DNA from: Callorhinchus milii
Lineage: Eukaryota
Length of the DNA: 64,000 nt
Assembly (NCBI RefSeq): GCF_018977255.1
Contig: NW_024704746.1
Location: 29,264,001 to 29,328,000 of the forward strand
Direction of reading: 5' to 3'
Of the stretch, positions 14,976 to 26,900 are shown one piece after another. A model generated the notes under the pieces. That model searched no databases and was not told the origin of the DNA. It was given only the letters and a program-made list of their open reading frames with translations. The translations under genes were made by a program, and so were the position numbers. Position 1 is the stretch's first letter. The number at the start of each line of letters is the position of its first letter.

Positions 14976-15540
14976 TATACACCTCGCAGCCTATCATTCT
15001 CTCTTCAATGGGTATGAATAATTAATCATTTCTATTTTTCTTTCGAGTAATATTCACTTAAAAAGAAAGCAGGAAGTCTTAAAATGTGAATATCAGGATT
15101 ATGAAAGCACATCATATTTGCATCCCTTCCACAAAACTGCTTAAAGTTGATTGCAGCCCAGAGAAAAACCTAAACATCGAGAGGAATGTGTTTTCACTCC
15201 ATAATAAGCAGCAAGAAGTAGGAGCCCACCTACTAACTCAAACCACTGTCACCCAGTTCAGCAGCTTGTGTTCTAATGAGCTCCCATGATGTTTGCACGT
15301 TTGCTCTCTGTTCTTCAGTCCTTGCTGCATGTCAGCACCCAGTGATTATCCTGACATTGAACACTACCAACAAGCTGGGTTGGGCTGAGTGTTGTGTCCA
15401 TGCCACAGATTGCAAATAGCATGTGCTTTATCCATGTTTCAACTTTGGAGAGCACTCGATTAACAGGAATATTCGCCCATATTCACTGAGATTCACATAT
15501 GATGTTCACTTGCCAAGGATGAATCATGCTGCTATTGAAC

Positions 15541-16020
15541 AGGCATGTCATTCAACAGGCATGTCATTCAACAGGCATGTCACTCAACAGGCATGTTATT
15601 CATCAGGCATGTCATTCATCAGGCATGTCATTCATCAGGCATGTCATTCAACAGGCATGTCATTCAACAGGCATGTCACTCAACAGGCATGTCATTCAAC
15701 AGGCATGTCACTCATCAGGCATGTCATTCATCAGGCATGTCATTCATCAGGCATGTCATTCAACAGGCATGTCACTCAACAGGCATGTCATTCAACAGGC
15801 ATGTCATTCAACAGGCATGTCATTCAACAGGCATGTCATTCATCAGGCATGTCATTCATCAGGCATGTCATTCATCAGGCATGTCATTCATCAGGCATGT
15901 CACTCAACAGGCATGTCATTCATCAGGCATGTCATTCATCAGGCATGTCATTCATCAGGCATGTCATTCATCAGGCATGTCACTCATCAGGCATGTCATT
16001 CATCAGGCATGTCATTCATC
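15541..16020 (+). repeat. Minisatellite, 30 x 16 bp (AGGCATGTCA-YTCAWC)
   Basis: 480 bp in exact 16-bp register with no indels; variant unit ends TTCAAC/CTCAAC/TTCATC/CTCATC. Confidence 0.97.
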
Positions 16021-17720
16021 AGTCATGCAATTGCACGTTAAATCCAACACGAGTTACTTAAAATAAACCAAAAGAACTAACCTGTCATCCTTCAGCAACA
16101 GGTATTGATTTGGTCACAACATAGACTGTTTGTTTGAAGACACGTTTGCTGTCAGACTCAGTTCAGTTCAGTAACTAGGAATCGCCAATTCACTCCTTTC
16201 TGGGTTTTTGATTAAAAGTTGCTGATTTTGAGCAATTGGAAGACTGTCCCTCACTACTCAAAAGCAAGTTCTTACAGTGTTGCCCCACGGAGTCCACTTC
16301 TTCTGAGCATTTTCAAAGGGTAAATGATGAGTATGTGAGTACCAAATCCAAAAGAGTTGGTGATCATTGAGGTCTCCCCAGTCCAAACATACTGATCATA
16401 TTTTTTCCCCCTGTTCTCTCTGGCATTTTCATTGTAACTTCACAGTTCACATCTGGTCACGATTCCACTCCAAATCTTCACTTGTTCTCTTCGAGCTCAG
16501 TGTTGCAGCATTGTTGGTCAAGATAAATGTGCACTAATTTCAACACCACCGTCTTGCAGCAATAATATTACACAGTACATTTACTTAGGTCTTCACATAT
16601 TGTGAGCAGATGGAGATCACCCAATGAACCCCTTTGCACCTTTGTGCAGGGAAGCTCGTTTGCAAGACTTTTTCAGGAATAATTTACACGTTTGCAATTT
16701 GCAACAGAAACGTCGTCGATGGAAAAGTGTGTCTGGTTCCATTCCAAATGTAGAAAATGTTTGTATAAAAATCCAGAATGCACATTTCACCTCTCCTGGC
16801 GATTTTGAAGGAAATAAAAAGTTCAATTTAATTAAACGTGTTGTAATCAGTCCATTGTTTTTTTTTTATGAAGGCATTGAAACGTATAATGTAAACAGAA
16901 TGATGCATTGCTGTGTCCAGCTTTGCTGTTCATCATGATTGAAGCACTTGCCAAACTAACTGAAGGGACTGTTTCACATTTGTCCAATTCTAGGAGTGAC
17001 TGCACAACAAATACTGTTTGAATCTCTCTCAGTGTAAACCACAAGCTTTGCATTGACATTCACCACTCTGCCTATTTATCTCATGTGTTCATACTCCTCT
17101 CTCTGTGTGTACAAAACCTAAAACTTTTGAGAAAATAAATCTGAAAGCAAAGATGAGGCTCTGCACAAGAGGTCCACGAGTTTCCTTCTCGACCACAGCA
17201 TTAAAGTGGACTAATTTCCTGCCCCCCACCCAAAAAAAAATAAGCCAACAACCAAAAAAAAAACACCTGTGGAAATAGAAGTCAATTGAAAGAAACTTCT
17301 CCCTTTGGTTTTTTTTCCTTTCTTTCATGACTCGAAGGCATCACAAATACAATACAGAGCTGTAATCATATTTATGGACAGTGATTGGACTTCTCGTTGT
17401 TTTTTTTTGGAGGGGGGGTTTTGTTAAAAAAAAAGTGTGAATGATAGCACTTTGGGAGATTTCAAGAAAACATGGATGGGTTATTTCTGTGTTTTCCTGG
17501 AATTACAAAACTGCACCAAAGTCTACGCCTGACGTCCTTGACATAACCTTCTCTTTTAAGCACAACCCAAAATGGTACACAAACACACATGTATATATAT
17601 TTATATATATAAAAATCCACGTTAATTTCTCCCCCCCTCCCTTTCCCTCTCTCTCTGTGTCTCTCTAACTAGTTCCAAACCTTTTTTTTGGGGGGTTGGG
17701 GAGGAGGGGGGGGTTTAAAA

Positions 17721-17757
17721 AATAATAATAATAATAATAATTAATAATAATAATCAT
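17721..17757 (+). repeat. (AAT)n microsatellite in the presumed KCNA5 3' UTR
   Basis: Visible repeat about 120 bp past the stop codon. Confidence 0.9.
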
Positions 17758-17878
17758 AACGGTTCTTTCCTTGAGAGAAAAAAAAATGTTCTACAGAGAA
17801 AGCATCTAGGGTTTTTGCCACAGATGGACATGTCCTGGTGGTTTGGGTTCCCTACAGTTGGGTGTTGGGGACAAACCC

Positions 17879-19666
17879 TCAGAAGTCGGTTTCTCGGTTC
17901 GAGTCCAAGCAGAGAGCGTAGAGGGACTTCCTGATGTCCGGGGGGCTCAGGGCTTTCAGGTTGGCCCCTGCCCCATTGTTAATACCTTCGCTATTTTCCA
18001 AAGCCCCGGCTTTGCCCAGAGATGTCCTACTCTTCCTCATCTCCTCCGAGGAACTGCCCTCCGCGCTGTCGTCGTCGTCGTTCAGGCTGCCCTGGTCCGC
18101 GTTGTCCGTCTCCCGGTGGTAGAAGTAGTTGAAGTTGGACACGATGACCGGCACCGGGAGGGCGATGGTCAACACCCCGGCGATGGCGCAGAGCGAGCCC
18201 ACGATCTTGCCCCCCATGGTGACCGGCCTCATGTCCCCGTAGCCCACGGTGGTCATGGTCACCACCGCCCACCAGAAAGCATCGGGGATGCTGGAGAAGA
18301 AGGACGACGGCTCATCCGCCTCGGCGAAGTACACGGCGCTGGAGAAGAGGATGACCCCGATGAAGAGGAAGAAGATGAGCAAGCCCAGCTCCCTCATGCT
18401 GGCCTTCAGGGTCTGGCCCAGGATCTGCAGCCCCTTGGAGTGCCTGGACAGCTTGAAGATCCTGAAGACCCTGACCAGCCGGATGACCCTCAGGATGGCC
18501 AGGGACATGGCCTGTTGGCCGTTTGACTGCTGTTCCGCCAGCTCCGTGCCCAGGGTGATGAAGTAGGGGAAGATGGCCACCACGTCGATGATGTTCATGA
18601 TGTCCCTGGAGAACACCGACTTGCTGGGGCAGGCGAAGAACCTCATCAGGAGCTCGAGGGTGAACCAGACCACGCAGGTGGTCTCGATGACGAAGAAGGG
18701 GTCGGTCAGGCTCATGTGGATGGAGGAGATGTGGGTGCCATTGGGGCCCACGAGGTTGTACCTCTCGTCCCGAAACTCGGGCAGCGTTTCCAGGCAGAAG
18801 ATGATGATGGAGATGACGATGACCAGGACGGACACGATGGCGATGCCTCGGGCCGGGCTGGAGCTCTCGGGGTACTCGAAGAGCAGCCAAAGCTGGCGTT
18901 GGAACTCCTGCTTGGGCAGAGGCTTCTCCTCCTCCTTGATGAAGCCCTCCTCCTCCCGGAACCTCTCCATGGCCTCGGCGCCCAGTTGGTAGAAGCGGAT
19001 CTCGTCGGCGAAGATGTCGATGGAGACGTTGACCGGTCTCCTGATCTTCCCGCCGGATTGATAGAAGTACAGGATGCCATCGAAGCTCGGGCGGTTCCGG
19101 TCGAAGAAGTACTCGTTCCTCAAGGGGTCGAAGTATCTCATCCTTTTCTGGGGGTCGCCCAGTAAGGTGTCCGGGAACTGGTTGATGGTACCCAGTTGGG
19201 TCTCGTACTTGAGGCCGGCGATGTTGACGATCACCCGCTCCGACCTGTTCCTGGCCAAGAACTCCAACTCCAAGCGGTTGTCCTCGGAAGGCACCTGGTC
19301 CTGGTCCTGCTCCAGCCGCCCCCTTGCCATGGAATCCAGCGAGTTCTCCCCGGCCACGTTGATGTCGTTCATCCTCGGGCAGGGAGAGGACCAGGGAGGC
19401 GGTGAGGGCGATGGGGAGGTGATGGAGGAGGAAGAGGAGGAGGTGGAGGGGGGGGTTAAGCCAGAGGGAGAGCAAGGCTTGGGAACTGGTTGCGAGGCTG
19501 ACTCTGACTGTGACTCCCGGAGGTCTCCGGCGATGAGGATGGTGAGGGGGGGGCTCGGGTCAGGCTGTGTGGGGAGTCTTTGCTGAGCTGTGCTGTTGCT
19601 GACCTCCCGGTCACACCACTCACACCGTTCTCCAAACTCTCCGGAGCCGTCTCCATCCCCAGACAT
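17879..19666 (-). CDS. KCNA5: Voltage-gated potassium channel Kv1.5 (Shaker family), single coding exon; true start probably ATG at 19656 with a 1-nt indel near 19546-19553
   Basis: The 595-aa ORF has a T1 domain ([18 protein letters not shown]...[17 protein letters not shown]), S1-S6, S4 [19 protein letters not shown], the TTVGYGD filter and PVP. Kv1.5-type features: [25 protein letters not shown], and C-terminal [17 protein letters not shown] (human [17 protein letters not shown]). Confidence 0.96.
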   Translation of the reverse strand: MSGDGDGSGEFGERCEWCDREVSNSTAQQRLPTQPDPSPPLTILIAGDLRESQSESASQPVPKPCSPSGLTPPSTSSSSSSITSPSPSPPPWSSPCPRMNDINVAGENSLDSMARGRLEQDQDQVPSEDNRLELEFLARNRSERVIVNIAGLKYETQLGTINQFPDTLLGDPQKRMRYFDPLRNEYFFDRNRPSFDGILYFYQSGGKIRRPVNVSIDIFADEIRFYQLGAEAMERFREEEGFIKEEEKPLPKQEFQRQLWLLFEYPESSSPARGIAIVSVLVIVISIIIFCLETLPEFRDERYNLVGPNGTHISSIHMSLTDPFFVIETTCVVWFTLELLMRFFACPSKSVFSRDIMNIIDVVAIFPYFITLGTELAEQQSNGQQAMSLAILRVIRLVRVFRIFKLSRHSKGLQILGQTLKASMRELGLLIFFLFIGVILFSSAVYFAEADEPSSFFSSIPDAFWWAVVTMTTVGYGDMRPVTMGGKIVGSLCAIAGVLTIALPVPVIVSNFNYFYHRETDNADQGSLNDDDDSAEGSSSEEMRKSRTSLGKAGALENSEGINNGAGANLKALSPPDIRKSLYALCLDSNRETDF

Positions 19667-19722
19667 TAAATATTCAGCGTCAGAGCTGCTCGGTCAGCGG
19701 CTTCTGCGGCTACATTAACTCT
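17880..19722. other. GC/CpG-rich island covering the KCNA5 coding exon
   Basis: Sharp rise in GC and CpG relative to the AT-rich flanks; it continues to the gap edge. Confidence 0.8.
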
Positions 19723-21821
19723 NNNNNNNNNNNNNNNNNNNNNNNNNNNNNNNNNNNNNNNNNNNNNNNNNNNNNNNNNNNNNNNNNNNNNNNNNNNNNN
19801 NNNNNNNNNNNNNNNNNNNNNNNNNNNNNNNNNNNNNNNNNNNNNNNNNNNNNNNNNNNNNNNNNNNNNNNNNNNNNNNNNNNNNNNNNNNNNNNNNNNN
19901 NNNNNNNNNNNNNNNNNNNNNNNNNNNNNNNNNNNNNNNNNNNNNNNNNNNNNNNNNNNNNNNNNNNNNNNNNNNNNNNNNNNNNNNNNNNNNNNNNNNN
20001 NNNNNNNNNNNNNNNNNNNNNNNNNNNNNNNNNNNNNNNNNNNNNNNNNNNNNNNNNNNNNNNNNNNNNNNNNNNNNNNNNNNNNNNNNNNNNNNNNNNN
20101 NNNNNNNNNNNNNNNNNNNNNNNNNNNNNNNNNNNNNNNNNNNNNNNNNNNNNNNNNNNNNNNNNNNNNNNNNNNNNNNNNNNNNNNNNNNNNNNNNNNN
20201 NNNNNNNNNNNNNNNNNNNNNNNNNNNNNNNNNNNNNNNNNNNNNNNNNNNNNNNNNNNNNNNNNNNNNNNNNNNNNNNNNNNNNNNNNNNNNNNNNNNN
20301 NNNNNNNNNNNNNNNNNNNNNNNNNNNNNNNNNNNNNNNNNNNNNNNNNNNNNNNNNNNNNNNNNNNNNNNNNNNNNNNNNNNNNNNNNNNNNNNNNNNN
20401 NNNNNNNNNNNNNNNNNNNNNNNNNNNNNNNNNNNNNNNNNNNNNNNNNNNNNNNNNNNNNNNNNNNNNNNNNNNNNNNNNNNNNNNNNNNNNNNNNNNN
20501 NNNNNNNNNNNNNNNNNNNNNNNNNNNNNNNNNNNNNNNNNNNNNNNNNNNNNNNNNNNNNNNNNNNNNNNNNNNNNNNNNNNNNNNNNNNNNNNNNNNN
20601 NNNNNNNNNNNNNNNNNNNNNNNNNNNNNNNNNNNNNNNNNNNNNNNNNNNNNNNNNNNNNNNNNTTGTGGGCGAGACAAACACACACACACAGAGGGAG
20701 AGAGAGAGACACACACAGACCCACAGGCACAAAGAGAGTNNNNNNNNNNNNNNNNNNNNNNNNNNNNNNNNNNNNNNNNNNNNNNNNNNNNNNNNNNNNN
20801 NNNNNNNNNNNNNNNNNNNNNNNNNNNNNNNNNNNNNNNNNNNNNNNNNNNNNNNNNNNNNNNNNNNNNNNNNNNNNNNNNNNNNNNNNNNNNNNNNNNN
20901 NNNNNNNNNNNNNNNNNNNNNNNNNNNNNNNNNNNNNNNNNNNNNNNNNNNNNNNNNNNNNNNNNNNNNNNNNNNNNNNNNNNNNNNNNNNNNNNNNNNN
21001 NNNNNNNNNNNNNNNNNNNNNNNNNNNNNNNNNNNNNNNNNNNNNNNNNNNNNNNNNNNNNNNNNNNNNNNNNNNNNNNNNNNNNNNNNNNNNNNNNNNN
21101 NNNNNNNNNNNNNNNNNNNNNNNNNNNNNNNNNNNNNNNNNNNNNNNNNNNNNNNNNNNNNNNNNNNNNNNNNNNNNNNNNNNNNNNNNNNNNNNNNNNN
21201 NNNNNNNNNNNNNNNNNNNNNNNNNNNNNNNNNNNNNNNNNNNNNNNNNNNNNNNNNNNNNNNNNNNNNNNNNNNNNNNNNNNNNNNNNNNNNNNNNNNN
21301 NNNNNNNNNNNNNNNNNNNNNNNNNNNNNNNNNNNNNNNNNNNNNNNNNNNNNNNNNNNNNNNNNNNNNNNNNNNNNNNNNNNNNNNNNNNNNNNNNNNN
21401 NNNNNNNNNNNNNNNNNNNNNNNNNNNNNNNNNGAAGAGAGAAACAGGACAGAGAGAGGGAGAGAGAGAGAGAGGATTTAAAGGTGAAGGCAAACTGTCT
21501 GCGGCAAATTGCAAATCCAGAAATAAAAAGGATTTGGGAAACACACACATGAAGCAGCTCCGGATGAGTAATAATGATTATTCCTTCTCTCTCTCTCTCT
21601 CTCTCTCTGACGTCAAGTGCTGTTTATTTTATGTTTGAAAGCAATATCTCCAGTGGNNNNNNNNNNNNNNNNNNNNNNNNNNNNNNNNNNNNNNNNNNNN
21701 NNNNNNNNNNNNNNNNNNNNNNNNNNNNNNNNNNNNNNNNNNNNNNNNNNNNNNNNNNNNNNNNNNNNNNNNNNNNNNNNNNNNNNNNNNNNNNNNNNNN
21801 NNNNNNNNNNNNNNNNNNNNN
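19723..21821. other. Assembly gaps (19723-20665, 20740-21433, 21657-21821) over the KCNA5 5' UTR/promoter
   Basis: N runs separated by short CA/GA-rich islands. Confidence 0.99.
21608..21615. promoter_or_regulatory. Perfect palindromic CRE (TGACGTCA)
   Basis: Exact consensus directly after a (CT)n tract, nominally about 1.9 kb upstream of the KCNA5 start; function not shown. Confidence 0.45.
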
Positions 21822-22171
21822 ACAGACTGACACACACACAGACAGACTGACACACACACATACACACAGACTGACACACACACATACACACAGACTGACA
21901 CACACACATACACACAGACTGACACACACACAGACAGACTGACACACACACATACACACAGACTGACACACACACATACACACAGACTGACACACACACA
22001 GACAGACTGACACACACACACACACACAGACTGACACACACACATACACAGAGACAGACTGACACACACACACACACACAGACTGACACACACAGACAGA
22101 CAGACTGACACACACACATACACACAGACAGACAGACAGACAGACAGACTGACACACACACACACACACAC
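21822..22171 (+). repeat. Compound (CA)n/CAGACTGA simple repeat
   Basis: Repeated ACAGACTGACACACACAC units. Confidence 0.95.
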
Positions 22172-23109
22172 CCGCAAAGACAAGTCCTTTAGGGCTCAGG
22201 TACAGTAGTTTAAACCAAATGTGTTTTGTTTCCAGATACATCTGTAGTTCTTTTGACATCTGTACTTATTTATTCAAAGGTAATTGTTTTTGTGTGTGTT
22301 TGTTTGACGTGTTTACGTGTGTACTTCCCAATTGCTGCATTGGTCAATAAAAAAAAATGCTATTCCTCTGGGTGCAGTGTTTTTTAAAAATAAACATAAA
22401 TATATATATATATATATATATATATGCATATAAAATTCAGACAGGTCAGTGATTTAAAAGGACAGTGCAAGGTTTTTGCTTCTAACGTGTGTGCAAGAGC
22501 GAGACTCTAATCCAAGCTCTGGGCGATTCTTTGCTGTGGAAAATAACAGATGAATGTGATGAAAAGTGCTAATAAATTAACTTAAAACAAGACTGCGCTT
22601 TCGCTGATTTTCTCAAAACATCCCCATGATGTGGGAATTCTCTCTGATGTGCATTCAAACACTCACTCGCACTCAGAATGAATGTGCGGAGCTGTTGTGA
22701 GAAAATTGAGTTCATTTTTTACAGTGTCCAGTTGGCTCCGGATTAAACGAGCAGCTTCTCTGCAAATGGGGTCTCTTCGTCTTGGCATTGAACCCCTTTG
22801 AGTATTGAAATGTCATTTGCTGCTCTGAGACCTCACATGTAATAATATATTGGATACTCACTTGTTCATTGGAACAATGTTATCCAGCAGTTCAATCACT
22901 TCCACTAAATGCAATGAAAAGTCCCACAACTGAACCAGGTTGGCATCTGGAAAATACCGAAACATTTCCAATAAAAAATCATTCATTGAACACGTCACTC
23001 CAGTTCAAAACCATTTTTACCGTAGCCCCTAAATGCATTGGATGGCCTCTTGGAGTTAGTGATCTCTTTCTTAATCGTTTGCAATGGGATTTTCCATGCA
23101 TGCGATTTC

Positions 23110-23430
23110 CTGCTTGACCCGGGTCCCGTCCGTCTGTTCAAGTGGACGATTAAAGATCCATTTGAACAATATATTCTTGGGGGGGGGTCCAGGCCAACAT
23201 TCCTCCAGATTGATTTGTCATTCACCTCATGGCTAATTTGGGAGTCTGGTTGGCACAAATGACTGCTGCGTTAGCCAATGCAACAACAACTTGCATTCAT
23301 ATTGCGCCCTTCACGTAGGGTAGCGTCCTGGAACGCTTGCCTATATGCCAAAAAAAAAGGCATTACAATTCACCGTAATTATATTCAAAGTGCTTTGAGA
23401 CCTGGTAAGGTTCCAAAAAAAATGCAAGTA
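23110..23430 (+). mobile_element. Old Deu-domain SINE with an antisense L2-type tail inserted at about 23281-23338
   Basis: CCGTCTGTTCAAGTGGACGATTAAAGATCC and GGCCAACATTCC motifs; internal CAACAACAACTTGCATT tail. Confidence 0.65.
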
Positions 23431-23689
23431 GTTTCTTCTTTCTGTCCCATTGCACATTAGTAACAAGATGAACAATACTTTTAGCAACCAGTGTGAGATA
23501 GGATCAATAGTCTTCCAGTTCACTGAGAGGCTCCGAGCACACACTTCGTGCGAGCATGTGAATTTGTAAGTGAAAGGGACAGCCAAATGTTGGGCACAGC
23601 AGTGTCTCACAAACAGCTATTAAGATCCTTCAATTGTCACCTGGAGTATGCAGAAATTCCCTCATCTTTTCAAATAGTATCAGAGGATC

Positions 23690-23920
23690 TTTCATCATCA
23701 TCGCCCCACCATCGGCAGTCGGCCCTTCAGCCTCTCTGTCCCCACCCTGTGGAACTCCATCCCACTTTCTCCTTGCCTCGCTCCCTCCCTTACCTCCTTC
23801 TAGGCACGCCTCAAGACCCTCCTCTTTGACCGTGCCTTCAGCCACCCTCCTACGCTCTCTGCACCTCCACCCTCCCTGATCCCAAAACCCCCACCCAGCC
23901 CCACTCGGGTCCTAATCCCT
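23690..23920 (+). mobile_element. L2 LINE 3' fragment
   Basis: CCCCACCATCGGCAGTCGGCCCTTCAGCCTCTCTG...CTCTTTGACCGTGCCTTC is homologous to the 52-kb L2. Confidence 0.85.
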
Positions 23921-26900
23921 GACTTTGCAAGGTTTATGATAGCTTGCAAGGTTATCAGCTAACAACTGTGAAGAATCCTGTCCCCCACTCTCAGGTCTAT
24001 CCTTAAAAATCCCACTGATGAGCGAGGCAGGCTGATCAATCATCAACGTTGTCCGGGAGTACTGCAGAGCTGCTTAGCTAAAATATTAGGTCAATGAGGC
24101 TACCACAGGGAATCAACTCGACTCTACTTCCAGTGTATCCCTGGAACAAATTAGGTAAGCAGGGGAGAGAGTATGCACAGGATTCCTGACAAGGCATATT
24201 TCCATGCAAATGTGGTACATTTATGTGGTACTTTCAGTCTGGTTTGGATATTCTTAAGCGTGATGATGGGTTTCTACATGTGTTAGATATCCGATAGATT
24301 AAAAAAAACATATTCTGTAGTGCACAAACTATTCACAGAGCTGTGATCATAATTTGTACGAATGCTTATTTATCATTTGAACTTTAGTTTCTGTAAAATA
24401 TCCAATTTATGGAGTTTGGCAGTCTGACTTTGTATCTGGTATTCTAAAGCTGTCCAGACACAAGCATTTTGAATTCTGTTTCTCTTCATGCCTTAATACT
24501 AATGGAGAACTGCAGAACCTGTTGATTGATGCACAACCGGTCTTCAAAATGTTTATGAATTTACTTATCTGTAATGGCCAACTTTTGTCTCATTTTACAA
24601 AATGTTTACACAGAGGTACAAAATGAATGTAGGATTAACTCTTGCAAAGTGGCAGTCTTAGAGTCGGGATAATTTAGGGGTAGAGCCACATTAGATTAAA
24701 AAATAAAATTTAAGCAGTGAGCAGTATAATTTGCAATTTGTTTTGGCAAATCACTCTCACGTAAACACAGTACCAAGTGTCGGGATATTGGGGTAAACAT
24801 ATTTGAAGGATGATATCCTTTACAACCAACAACAGAACCTTTATTCTAGCAACTCACAAAATCATATGTTAATAATAACAATAATCCTTGCATTTGATAT
24901 AGCGCCTTATCATGTCGTTGAGACATCTCAAAACGCTTCACAGAATATGCTATAAAGTGGATGAAGTGTTTATTTTGTGGACAAAACATATTGCCTACTC
25001 TAAAAGTGTTGTTCATGTGGTACTCGGCAGCCAATTACACACAGCAATTATATCTCTGACAGTTGCAAACAGATGCAAAGTTTTATTAAACGAAGGTTGG
25101 ACTTTGTCTTCAAACAACATGTAGGGCCTTGTGGGCTGCCTCTGTCTGACGTTTCAGCAATGGTAATTGACAGGAGATCAACGTTTAAGTTCAGAAAAAC
25201 CCTACCTGGGGTAGAGTTGGTTGTCTCTGCATTTAAGATCTTTTCATGAGGCACTTATCCTGGTGGGCTGCTTGCGTTGACTGGTCTGAACACAGAGCTG
25301 TGCTTGCACTTGCACTGTTGGTCCCACCATTCTTAGGACTCTAAGGACAACAATAGAAGAGGCTGAATTCTCTCAAGGTACTGTTGTAGAATCGTAGAGT
25401 CTTGAGAAGTAACAGTATACAAGGAAGGCCAGTCACCTCACCGAGTTGAAGTTGGTAGTTGCTCATATACTAAGGTGACCATGTTTTGTAAACCAAATCC
25501 GGGGACATATGAATATAAAAAAAATTGAACTCACCACAATTCCTGATGCTGGCAGAACTGGAGAAGCCCGTTGATTAAGGGCTGTATTTCTCTGATGAGT
25601 GTATCGGTTTTAGAATCTTATTGTTCGTGCTAATCGACTAACAACCATTAAACCACCTCAGACCCAGTAAACAGTAATAGATCACAAAGCAACAATGGAT
25701 GAAGAAGACCCTTTTGCCATTAATATTATTATTTGATTTGATGTTTCAAGAATAACCATTTTACCCTCTTCCCAATGCAGTATCAAACTGTTTCTTCAAC
25801 AATTCCAGTATCCTATTCTCTATCACATTTTCTGATAACTTGCTACGGTTGTTGACTACTCTGTGTGAAAGGTAACAACTGCTTTCTATTTTTGCTCAGC
25901 ATTAGGAAGGATCTAGGCCATTTATTTCCTCTTGGACTCATGTGAGCTATGTAATATAGCACGTCAAGCACTCTATCACAGTGCTGTGAGATATTGTGTT
26001 TGGAAGTGGGTTGGTGTCAAAATTTCTGGTTCAGTGAGTTTCTGCTCTCAGCTTTTCCTTCCTGAGAGGAGCTGAGGGAAATTGCAGCTTGATGCAGTAA
26101 TCGGGGAGAAGGTAGGGTGGGTGTTCTGGAGGGATGAGATCAAAGATGGACTAAAGAGATCTCTTCACCCAGACCAATCTTGTGCTCTTGCAATGAGTAA
26201 GTGCAGGAAGCACAGCCTTGCCAATGGTGAATCTCACTTTCGCTTCCTCATTCTCAATCTCACACTATACTCACAATATTAGTTTCATTGTGCGTGTGTG
26301 CGTGCGTGCTTGCAAGGAGATTAGTTGTATTTCCCTATTCACTCCAAAACCAATTGAACAACCAATGCTTTCTGTCTTTGTGTTATTTTGTGTTCGCGTG
26401 ACATGGACCATCCCTGCATCTTTGTTCCAATCCATGTACGCTGGTTCCCCTGAATGAGTCCTCCTTATTTTAACCTGTCACCATCCATCAATGAATGCCT
26501 GTTACGTCACCGAGGGAAATGCCCGCAATGGTTTTGCTGCTCACAGTATTCCCCCTGTTTATGCGGAGGGGGAAAAAAACCATTTGTAAATGATATGCTC
26601 ACAGTGAGAAAACTTTATTTTAACATAATATCTAAAAGCTGCCTTCTCCTGCATCAACCACCCCTTGCATTTATGTAATAATAATAATAATAATCCTTGC
26701 ATTTGATATAAAGCCGTATCACATTGTCGAGACACGTCAAAGTGCTTCACAGAATATATGCAGTGGCTTTCATGTGGGGTAGCGTTTTGTAGTGCTAAGT
26801 TTTGCTGCTCTGGTCGTATGTTATAAGAAAGAGTGATTGCAAACTTAACATCACAAAGATGACCAATTTGTTTGCTTTCAACCTGTTTCTTGACCGAGAA

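Noticed and set aside
15541-16020. CRISPR-like array
   Set aside because: No unique spacers, no cas genes, eukaryotic context.
15423-16066. Three overlapping repetitive ORFs (QACHSSGMSFIRHVIH)
   Set aside because: Translations of a stop-free 16-bp minisatellite.
18150-18180. Kv1.1-type S6 I/V RNA editing site (LTIALP)
   Set aside because: The editing is known for KCNA1, and I cannot see the required hairpin here.
17843-19586. Antisense and alternate-frame ORFs over KCNA5, including 387 aa at 18312-19475
   Set aside because: Expected from high third-position GC; no recognisable domains.
19666-22259. Long ORFs with X runs or CV repeats
   Set aside because: Artefacts of N gaps and CA repeats.
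25471-25508. hAT-Blackjack-like terminal sequence (TAAGGTGACCAT...CCGGGGACA)
   Set aside because: No matching second end or 8-bp target duplication found.
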